NCBI GenBank assembly: GCA_963728405.1
Contig: CAVSJV010000006.1
Coordinates: forward strand, 1-47,905
DNA: 47,905 nt
Source: Methanomassiliicoccaceae archaeon
GTDB taxonomy: Archaea > Thermoplasmatota > Thermoplasmata > Methanomassiliicoccales > Methanomassiliicoccaceae
Direction: 5' to 3'
Shown here: one piece after another, positions 39,389 to 47,905 of the stretch
How positions within the stretch are numbered: position 1 is the stretch's first letter
Layout of the letters: each line of letters opens with the position of its first letter
Translations under genes and position numbers: made by a program
Notes under the pieces: model-generated
What the model was told of the DNA's origin: nothing
The model's input: the letters and a program-made list of their open reading frames with translations, nothing else
Database searches by the model: none

Positions 39389-40390
39389 CTAAGCCGAGAT
39401 GTTGAGGTTCAGGTTCAAGCTCAGGTTCGTGTCCGTCCCGTTGATCATATCAAGGAATCGGGTCTGGGTCGCCGAACCGGCATAGTCGACGTAGGCTTGT
39501 CCCTGGAACGGCTGGCCGTCCTTGAGCAGCACGAACCACATCTTGTACTGCCCGGGGAATGGCACGGAGATGTTGTAGTTCGTCTCCCATTGCTTGGTCC
39601 AGTTGCCCTCGGTGTTCGCCGCAGTATGGTCTAAAGTGACGTTGCTGCTGCCGACGAAGAAAAGTTGGTGAACGGTGGTCGTGTTGTCCGCGTAGGTGGC
39701 GTTCGACAGCCACACCTCGATGGTGTAGGTGACGGTGCGGTATTCGTGATTGGCAATGCCCAGGATGACCGGGCCGGACTGATTTACGGTGAGATTGGAA
39801 GGATAATCGGTCGCCTTGCCCCCTGGTCCGAGCACATAGAACTCAGTGAAGTGCTCGCCATCACGCGGGACCGCGATCACATAGCCTAGGGCGAAGACCG
39901 AGGACAGGATCGCCAGCACGAGGATGACGGTGAGGGTGCGGTCGACCTTTGTGCCGCCTCCGAACTGCCTCATCGCCGAGCCGTACAACACCTTGGGCTC
40001 GAACGGAAGGAACGGCTCGGCCGACGTGCTCCGGCGCCACATGGCCAGGAGGGAGAAGGCGACATTGAAGGCTATGAGCGACCATAGGATCGGCTCCAAT
40101 CGGATGCCGAACGGCGTGTAGTTGAGGCCGAAGCCGATGAGAGGGACGATTGCGATGCTCAGTCCGAACGATAGCGCGACGCGCTCGATGAGGTCGAGGG
40201 ACTTCTTCTCCGGGAACAGCGTGCCGATCAGGGCGTAACCGGGGAAGAACAGGATGAACGGCAGCCCCAGGACGATTCTACCCACATTATCAGGGATGGC
40301 GTAGATGAACAGCGCTAATAACAGAGAAAGAACGATGATGGCGCTGAGGTCCCAGGATCGTCGTAGTTCAAACTTGAAGTCTTCGAGCAA
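39389..40390 (-). CDS. DUF1616-family membrane protein
   Basis: LF.PGYAL..LFP...LD.IER.ALSFGLS, E.FTEFYVLG..GKA.DYP, GIANHE. Confidence 0.88.
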   Translation of the reverse strand: MLEDFKFELRRSWDLSAIIVLSLLLALFIYAIPDNVGRIVLGLPFILFFPGYALIGTLFPEKKSLDLIERVALSFGLSIAIVPLIGFGLNYTPFGIRLEPILWSLIAFNVAFSLLAMWRRSTSAEPFLPFEPKVLYGSAMRQFGGGTKVDRTLTVILVLAILSSVFALGYVIAVPRDGEHFTEFYVLGPGGKATDYPSNLTVNQSGPVILGIANHEYRTVTYTIEVWLSNATYADNTTTVHQLFFVGSSNVTLDHTAANTEGNWTKQWETNYNISVPFPGQYKMWFVLLKDGQPFQGQAYVDYAGSATQTRFLDMINGTDTNLSLNLNLNISA

Positions 40391-40528
40391 CTCGTCATGG
40401 CTACATGGCCCTGACTATTTATGATTTCCTTTTTGAGAGGCCAGCCGGAATAACATTCGGGGTCGAAGCTCTCTTCGTTATGATTTCCATTAGCTAACCT
40501 CTTAATATTGTGACCGAAATCCCACCCC

Positions 40529-41365
40529 GTGGAATTTCGCCTCTCCAGGATGAACGCTCACCTGCCCATGGTGCTGCCCGTCGCGGTGCCCATGGCCCTG
40601 ATCCTCATCGGAGAGATGCTATTATTCGCCAATAACCTTGAGGCCTGTGTCATCGTCCACCTCCTGAACATCCTGGTCTGCGTGATGGCGCCGATATTGC
40701 TGAAGGAGAATCCCATCCTTTGGCAATCGTTCTCCCTGGTATCGATATTGAGGGTCCTAAACCTGGGCATGCCCAAGTTCGCCACCATGACCCTGTACTG
40801 GATCCCTCTGGTCTATGCGCCGGTGATCTTCGTGGCGTTCCTATTGATCCGCGACGAATCAAATGGCATAATGGACTATCTTCGTGGCTTGAAGAAGTTC
40901 TTCGCCTTCTCGCCGAAAGCGTCCGGATGGAAGGCCTACTATCTCCCTATCGGTCTCGCCATTGCGATCTTGCTTGCTAACATCGAGTTCAAGATCCTCA
41001 GTTTGACCATCGCCGACCTACGGATGATTCCGGACCTGGGCTTCTGGAACATGGGCCTGCTGTTCATGGTGATGGTGTTCTTCGTCGGCCTGGGCGAAGA
41101 GCTGGTGTTCCGTTACATCCTGCAGGCGAGGTTGGAGGGGGCCATCGGCGCCATCGGCGCGATCCTCATCTCGTCGGTAGCGTTCGCCGCGATGCACTCC
41201 GGTTATCAATCCATTCCCTACGTTCTGTATGTGTTCTTCGTGGCTCTGATCCTCGGCTCGCTGTTCCACCGCACCAAGAGCCTTGCCTTCGTGGCTCTGA
41301 TCCACGGCACTCTGAACTTATTCCTGTTCTCGCTGCTGCCGTTCGGCTATCTGGTACTATTTTAG
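40529..41365 (+). CDS. CPBP (CAAX/Abi) family intramembrane protease
   Basis: GEELVFR, FAAMH and IHGTLN motifs. Confidence 0.88.
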   Translation: MEFRLSRMNAHLPMVLPVAVPMALILIGEMLLFANNLEACVIVHLLNILVCVMAPILLKENPILWQSFSLVSILRVLNLGMPKFATMTLYWIPLVYAPVIFVAFLLIRDESNGIMDYLRGLKKFFAFSPKASGWKAYYLPIGLAIAILLANIEFKILSLTIADLRMIPDLGFWNMGLLFMVMVFFVGLGEELVFRYILQARLEGAIGAIGAILISSVAFAAMHSGYQSIPYVLYVFFVALILGSLFHRTKSLAFVALIHGTLNLFLFSLLPFGYLVLF

Positions 41366-41420
41366 ATTATAAATCTTGAGAACTAAATTATATATACCTG
41401 GCTATTGTTCTACTCAAATA

Positions 41421-41666
41421 ATGAGCCTGATCCTAACTGCTACAACTACTACAACCACAACCAGCGCTATCACCATGATGACGGGCCTGGGCGGAGTTGT
41501 CGGTGGAGCGCTTATCGCTATCATGCTCATCGCGCTGCTCTCTTCGAAGGAGCTCATCTCTTCTACGACCTTGAACTCGCCGAGGGTAAAGAAGGCCATG
41601 AACCTGGCGATCTTCCCCCTGTTGGCGGTGTTCGTGCTCGATGTGGCCTACATGGTCATGCTCTGA
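41421..41666 (+). CDS. Small protein with a Thr-rich N-terminus and two hydrophobic helices
   Basis: MSLILTATTTTTTTSA..; TTATATATA about 25 bp upstream of the ATG suggests its own leaderless transcript. Confidence 0.72.
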   Translation: MSLILTATTTTTTTSAITMMTGLGGVVGGALIAIMLIALLSSKELISSTTLNSPRVKKAMNLAIFPLLAVFVLDVAYMVML

Positions 41667-41739
41667 TCTTTCATATCGGGTCTCTTTGTTCATATTGTGC
41701 TAGCCCTCTTGCGTCAGGCAAGATGGCCGGTCACGCCCA

Positions 41740-43529
41740 TCATTGCGCCTCCGTCGAATTCTCCTCAAGTAGGATGCGGATCTCCTTATCGTAGGCCTTA
41801 CCAATGTCTGTTCTCGATATGATGCCCAAGAGATGGGAGGGAAATTCGGGGTCCACCACCGGCAGTCTTCCGATGCCATGAAACATCATCTTCTGGAAGG
41901 CATCCTGGAGCTTATCGTCAGGGTGAGTGACGATGAGCTTCCGGGTCATCACATCCTCTATCTTCGACTCATACCTGACACAAGGGTCCAGCTCCAAGAC
42001 ATCTACATGGGTCAGGACCCCGACAAGCTCCCCCATTGGACCGACCACAGGGATCCCATGGACCTCATTTTCCGCCATGAGCTCCAGCGCCTCTCCCACT
42101 GACCTTTCTGGCGTGATCGTTATCACGTCCTTGATCATGCAGTCATTTACTTTTAACCGGCTGAGCACGACCACCGAATGCTCGGCCCGATGGGCTGGCG
42201 ATTCTGCCCTGGTGGGTACCTGGTTCTTGTACAGGGCGTCCCTCCCGGACACGATATAGGCCACGGTGGTCGCCACGATGGCGGGAACGAGAAGGGTGTA
42301 GGAAGCGGTCATCTCCGCTACCATGAGTATGACCGCAATGGGAACCTTTCCGGCACCCCCGAAGCAGGCCATCATCCCTACGATGCAAAACGCCGCCGGA
42401 CTCACTGCAAAACCGGGGATCAAAGGACTGATCAGGATCCACATGGCGGCACCGACCATACCACCCACGAACAGGGTCGGCGCGAACACCCCGCCACTCC
42501 CTCCGATCCGACGGTCAGGGAAGTGGCCATCATCTTCATGACTATCAAGATGAGGATGAGGCCAAGAGGGAGAAGGGAGAAATCACCATCTATCACCAGC
42601 TGGAGCCAGCCATAGCCCGTACCCAGTATCTGGGGGAGGAAGATCCCGATGAGCCCGACGATGAGGCCTCCGATGGCCGGTTTAACATAGTTTGGGATCC
42701 CTAGCCGGGCGAACGCGTTCTTGAGCCCATAGAACAGGCGCACATGGGCAATGGCCACCAGGCCACACACCAGGCCGAGCAGAGCATAGATGGGCAGGTA
42801 AACCGGATCATGGAACGCTGGCAGCGCCATAGTTCCGAAGATGGGGGTCCATCCGGTCACGGAGGCGAAGATGCTGTACCCTATCGTGGAGGCGAGGAGG
42901 GCAGGGGGCAGGGCCACCACCTCAAAATCCTCCCTGTAGAGGATCTCCGCCGCCAGGACCGCTCCCCCAAAAGGGGTCTTGAAGATCGAACCGATCCCCG
43001 CTCCGATGCCCACGGCCACGGCGATCCGTCTATCTCGGACATTCAGATTCAGGAGCCTGCTCAGCAATGAACCGAATCCCGCTCCGATCTGGGCAGTGGG
43101 TCCTTCTCGGCCTGCGCTTCCCCCCGAACCGATGGTGAAGGTCGAGGCCGCCAGTTTGACCAGGGGGACCCGGGACCTGATCAGGCCACGCTTGTTGTGA
43201 AAGGCGTCGATGGCCGCGTCCGTTCCGTGCCCCTCGGCCTCCGGGGCGAACCTGAACACGATGAGGCCGCAGACCAGCCCGCCCAGGGTGGTAACGATCG
43301 GTATCAGGTAAGCGGTGGTGGACAAAACGTAGGAGGTCCCTCCCTCCCCGGCTGGCAGGGGAGGATAATAGCCCGCGCCATATCCCAGCAGAAGTGTGGT
43401 CATGAAATCCAGCGCATAATAGAAGACCAGGGCCCCCAGCCCGCTGACCACCCCTATCAATACGGCAACGGGGACCCATTTATTGAAGTAAGAATATGCT
43501 TCTCGTTTTTGGATCGGTCTTGGTTTCAG
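41740..43529 (-). CDS. ClC-family chloride channel/antiporter with a CBS pair; frameshift near 42497; probable CTG start
   Basis: GHGTD, GGSAGREGP, FKTPFGG, GTGY, G.FAP, two CBS domains. Confidence 0.88.
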
Positions 43530-43979
43530 AGGGCTCGCCTCAATTTACCACACTGACGATGGACGGGGAACCGGGGCTCATCCCGTCCACAGGAGAATAT
43601 TATTAAGAGTTAAGCTGCGGCTACTAAACTTTTCCCACCCATCTTTCATTTGAAAAATGGTCGGCCAGCAATGCTCAAATCAAACGATGTCCCATTCTCC
43701 CTGGAGACGGGGGCCGTTCCGAACGCCCTTCCAAAATGATCCATCGTCTCCTGGTCCATCGAATTCTTTGCCATGAGGGCAGTGGTCGAAAAAATGAGAT
43801 GTGGGCAAAGATCTCGATGTTCGAGCATCTCCTACTGGCCCGAAAAGGGATGGGGATGGTAGGGACGACGAATCGTGCAATGCACTTTCGGCCATCCAAC
43901 CGCAGTATGGATGCATGCTCACTTTATGGCAATTTTCCACACCAGTCAATGGAGTGAATCCGGTGGCACTAGGGGAGCG

Positions 43980-44289
43980 ATGAGAAAAGGGATCGGAGAT
44001 TTCAAATGAGGAGGCGTTAGCGATTCTGAAGAAAGACGATTACGGGGTACGGTCAACGATCGGCGACGACCGCACCCCATCTGGTGTACCGATGAACTAT
44101 GTGTTCGATGGTAATGAGATACTCCTCCACGGTGCTAAGGAGGGCCACAAGATGGCCAATGTCCACAGTAACGAAAACGTCTGTTTCACTGTGGTGGGAA
44201 ATGCGACCTTCCTACCAGGCAGATCCACTAGCGCATACGAATCCATCATCGTCTCCGGGAAGGCGTCCATTGTGGCGAGTAGACCGTAG
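43980..44289 (+). pseudogene. Pyridoxamine 5'-phosphate oxidase/NimA-like flavin-binding protein, frameshifted and truncated
   Basis: ..EEALAIL...YG.....P.GVPMNYV....LHGA.EGHK..N...N..VCFTVV..YESIIV.G, then an early stop. Confidence 0.65.
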
Positions 44290-44513
44290 ATCGGCACAAG
44301 AATGGTATTGACAAGTCCTCTGCACGGGGACACTCGGCCCGCAAACTCGCACCTGGGAGTCGAGGTCGAGCGTGGCCAACTAAACTATTATCCTTCGAGA
44401 GTTGGTCTTATGGCCGATCATATAATGGAGCATAAGGCATGCGGTTATTTGTTCGAAAGCTCATGCAGATGTCAACACCAGCCAATTCCTAACATGGGTG
44501 CGGGGCGAACTGA

Positions 44514-44903
44514 ATGGAGAGACAGACTTTGAGCGTGAACATGGGGGCGAGCATAGGTCTGCTGGTCATCTTTACGGTCTCGATCGTACTTGCTCTGGTC
44601 GTCACCTTGGTCTCTGCTCCTTCAGGAGTCCAGGTACTTGCCCTAGCTCTCGTCACTCCCCAGATCCTTCTTTGTATAGCTTTTATCCATTATTGCAGAA
44701 AGGGACTATGGTGGAGCTACGCGGGCACATCGATTCTTGGTGCCCTGGGCGTCTTGCTTCGGGTCGCCATTAGTACACAACCAGCTCTTGAGGTGGGAGG
44801 TGGTCTCCCGACGGGGGTCACCGCCTTCTACATCGTTTTGGGGGCCCTGGTCTCGCTCAAAGGATATGAATCCGTATTAGAGATACGCATGCTGGAACGG
44901 TAG
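44514..44903 (+). CDS. Hypothetical 4-TM membrane protein
   Basis: Four hydrophobic segments. Confidence 0.5.
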   Translation: MERQTLSVNMGASIGLLVIFTVSIVLALVVTLVSAPSGVQVLALALVTPQILLCIAFIHYCRKGLWWSYAGTSILGALGVLLRVAISTQPALEVGGGLPTGVTAFYIVLGALVSLKGYESVLEIRMLER

Positions 44904-45148
44904 GTCCTTATTTAGTCCTAGAAACTGGCTGAGGGGTATCATTTTTCCAATAGCATATGACCCCTGCATTACTATGCGGCAGTATACAATTCCAAGAAAT
45001 ATCGCCCCCCCTCTTTTCTGGGCGAGGGTGAAGTGGACCGATCGGGATTGGAACCAATAAAACGACTGGCTACTTTCAATTGTACCGTCCATGTACAAAG
45101 CACTTGTTCGAGGCTATGAAATATGGACCAAAACCTCTTAAATTATTT

Positions 45149-46323
45149 TTAAAAACAACAAACGCAGAGGTGAAGAGGACAGCCTAATTTCATCACCAAT
45201 GTAAACTGCTCAGAGTCCATTTGATCGACCAATACTTCAGCCGAGCGACGAACAGGGATGGTGAAGCAGAGGTGCTGCCATGGCCCGGGGCGGACTCGAC
45301 CCAGATGCGCCGCCGTGCCTTTCCATGAACCGCTGGGCGATGGCCGACCCCATGCCCGTTCCCTCGTACTCCTTCCTGGCATGAACCGTCAATATTTCGA
45401 ATAAATTGTCCCTGTACTCGGGGTCGATGCCGACGCCGTTGTCTCGGACGGAGAAATCTTATTCTTCTCCTCTTTCCACGGACACATGGACCTTCGGCGG
45501 TTCAGGCCCACGGTACTTGATGGCGTTGCTGATGAGGTTCTGCAGCAGAAGCACCATCTGGGTTTTATCGGCCATGATTGTCGGTAGCGAGTCGTGGGTT
45601 ATCGTGGCACCACTTTCCTTGATACCGGCATCAAGGTCCTTCTGTGCCAAGGCGAGGACCTCGTTCATGTCCGTCATGGACGGGTTCATGCTCATCTTAT
45701 CGACCATGGAATAGGCGAGCAGGTCCTCGACCATCGCATTCATTCGTTGGGAGCCTTCCACGGCGAAGTCTATGTAGCTTTGGGCCTTGGCGTCCAACCG
45801 GTCCCGGTATTGTGTCTTCAATAGTCTGAGGTAAAGCGAGACCATCCTGAGCGGTTCCTTGAGGTCATGCGAGGCGATGTGGGCGAACCGTTGCAGGTCG
45901 GCGTTGGAGCGTTGCAGTTCCACCCTGGCTTTTTCCTCCTCCACCAGCCTCTTACGCAATATGGCATAACGGATGGAGCGGACCATGACCTCACCGATGA
46001 TAGTCTCCTTGAACAGATAGTCCTGTGCCCCGTGCCGCATCGCTCTCATCGCCGTCTCCTTGTTGGAGTTAGAGGTGAGGACGACGACCGGGACCGTTCC
46101 CGACATTCTCTCCACGGCCTCGAAGGTATCGTATCCTTGGCTATCTGGCAGGTTAAGGTCAAGGACCACGGCATCGTAGCCCTTGGGGAGTTCATCGTAA
46201 ACCGATGACAGATTGGTAACGACTTTTATGGAGAAGCCCTCATCGGCGAGCATGCGTCGCATGCGTTCGCCCGCGTGGTCGTCCCAGGAGCAGGATGATT
46301 GAAGGTTCCCCCCCCCCGAGCAT
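45149..46323 (-). pseudogene. Receiver-histidine kinase hybrid with multiple frameshifts
   Basis: LLL.DD, VVLDLNLPDSQG, GAQDYLFK, ASHDLKEPL, NAIKY; DNGVG, G.GL and IWVES lie in shifted frames. Confidence 0.75.
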
Positions 46324-46419
46324 GAACTAGGAATCTTCCTATCCCTAAAAAAAGATTTACCTTGGGGGTACTTTGCTCACGGACCTTTCCCAGCGGCAAT
46401 CCCGCACCATTTGTAAAAT

Positions 46420-47557
46420 GGCTTTGTTGCAAAAGTCGACTGACTGATTCTGAAGCATAATTATCGTTTGTTATCTATATTGTTATCAAAATGTTAAAGT
46501 GTGGTCCAACCTATTGCCAGCTGTCTAGGAAGGTAGTAGGTCGTTGCCACGATACTCGAGATGCCGAACAACATATTCAGTTTTTGCGGACAATCGCACT
46601 TGGACACTTACGCGTCGTCGAGCGCGTGGCGGTCGACTTCGACCGCTACGACGATGTGGCGATCAACTCGCTTCGTCTGTCGCTGGAAGCGATTCGTCAG
46701 CAGACGGATTCGTTCGCTTGCTGGCAGCATCGTGGTCGCCTCGGGCGACCAGCGTACGAGGAGCGCACGCTCCTCGTTGCGTTCCTCGTGCAGCAGCTTC
46801 TCGGACTCATATTTCCGCGAGACCGAGGGCGTGCTGGCGATGGTCCGCTCGTACTATCGCCTGGAACGAATTCCGGACCATTCGACGCTTTCGAGGAAGC
46901 TGTCGTCGAAGCGTTGGACCGTGGTGCTGGAACGGTTCTTCCAGCACATCGTCGCCGCGCTGCCGCGACGCAGCGCGGTGGTGGCCACGGACGCCACCGG
47001 CTATTCGGGACGGAAGCGAGGATGGAGAGAGACGAAGCACGCGCAGCGTGCTCTGGAGGATTGGGTCAAGGTGCACGCGGCGATCGAGGTGGACGAGTTC
47101 TTGGTCCTCAGCTACGAGCTCACTCGCTCGAACGTGCACGACAGCCAGATGTTCGCGGACATCTGGGACCGACTACCGTCGAACGTTTCTGCCGAAGCGT
47201 TCTCTGGCCGACTCCGCTTACTTCGGCAACGACTGCCTGGCCGCCGCCAGGCAGCATGGAGCGACGCCGCTCCATGCGATCAAGAAGAACGCGCGGAACT
47301 TCGAGCGGCCGAAGAACTTCTATCAAAAGCTGGTGAACTTCGCACATCACTGGCCGAACCGTTTCGCTTCGCTGTACGCGAAGCGAGCGCATGCGGAAAC
47401 GGTCTTCAGCATGATCGGCGCGTTGCTCGGATATCGATTAAAGTGTCGCTCGAAAAAAGGTCGAAAAAATGAGGTCAGAGTGAAGTTGGCATTGTTCGAT
47501 CTAATTCAGCTGGCTATGCGCAAGGAGTTCTGGTGCTGAGAGTTTTGCAACAGGGCC
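46420..47557 (+). mobile_element. IS5-family insertion sequence with terminal inverted repeats
   Basis: Left GGCTTTGTTGCAAAAGTC versus right (reverse complement) GGCCCTGTTGCAAAACTC; TAAAAT flanks both sides. Confidence 0.85.
46544..47539 (+). CDS. IS5-family DDE transposase; frameshifts near 46810 and 47189; start uncertain
   Basis: PDHSTLSR, DATG, KVH, HDS, ADSAY, R..AETVFS. Confidence 0.82.
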   Translation: MPRYSRCRTTYSVFADNRTWTLTRRRARGGRLRPLRRCGDQLASSVAGSDSSADGFVRLLAASWSPRATSVRGAHAPRCVPRAAASRTHISARPRACWRWSARTIAWNEFRTIRRFRGSCRRSVGPWCWNGSSSTSSPRCRDAARWWPRTPPAIRDGSEDGERRSTRSVLWRIGSRCTRRSRWTSSWSSATSSLARTCTTARCSRTSGTDYRRTFLPKRSLADSAYFGNDCLAAARQHGATPLHAIKKNARNFERPKNFYQKLVNFAHHWPNRFASLYAKRAHAETVFSMIGALLGYRLKCRSKKGRKNEVRVKLALFDLIQLAMRKEFWC

Positions 47558-47665
47558 TAAAATGGTTAAAGGGTTTGACAATGACCCATATGCATGAAGG
47601 GCCGTTATTGACTTGAAATTTGATACTACTAGATGGTCTCGGGTTCAAATCCCGCTGCTGTCCAA

Positions 47666-47905
47666 TCAGGTTCTCGTTGGGATGGAGAAATAGAAGGTCG
47701 AGCCTTCGCCCGGTTTTGATTCGAACCAAATGCGCCCGCCATGCCGTTCGATGATCTTTTGGCCTTATCGCCAGCCCCATACCCGTTCCCTCGTACTCGT
47801 CCCTAGTGTGCAATCGTTGGAACATCTGGAACAGGCGGTCCTTGTATCGGGGTCGATGCCGATACCGTTGTCGGCGACGGCGAAGACCCAGTCCCGGCCA
47901 TCCTC
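47666..47905 (-). CDS. C-terminal HATPase part of another histidine kinase (frameshifted; runs off the window)
   Basis: [38 protein letters not shown]. Confidence 0.75.

Noticed and set aside
41436-41465. Trinucleotide microsatellite
   Set aside because: The Thr codons are mixed (ACT/ACA/ACC), which points to protein-level selection
1-47905. CRISPR array, rRNA or intact tRNA
   Set aside because: No regularly spaced repeats or complete RNA-gene structures were seen

Overview
Archaeal genomic window of moderately high GC. The gene content and style (HdrA/MvhD, FmdE, CdhE-type domain, ActP, PAS kinases, TATA-type promoters) suggest a methanogen, most plausibly Methanomassiliicoccus-like (inference). 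Left to right it holds: (1) an ~11-kb arsenic/metalloid island (P1B-ATPase end, acr3, arsC, arsR, arsA, arsD, ABC exporter, thioredoxin-like and DGC proteins, TauE, FmdE) tied together by six copies of a TTTCAA-N6-TTGAAA palindrome, with acr3 apparently co-transcribed with a CMD protein and a miniature CdhE/HgcA-type corrinoid-domain protein; (2) miscellaneous genes (PrsW, MvhD-like, CHRD, HisA-like, MFS, RmlD-like); (3) an oxidative-stress run (Hsp20, ferritin-like, rubrerythrin, TnpB remnant, desulfoferrodoxin, flavin-less HdrA-ferredoxin-MvhD fusion); (4) PAS histidine kinases; (5) an acetate uptake operon, OsmC, NifX-like and Mrp; (6) a surface/glycosylation locus (methyltransferase, WecB, GT2, DUF1616, CPBP protease, Thr-rich small membrane protein); (7) ClC-CBS, degenerate genes and an IS5-family element. 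Many genes carry single-base frameshifts, probably long-read errors. Four genes appear to start at CTG.
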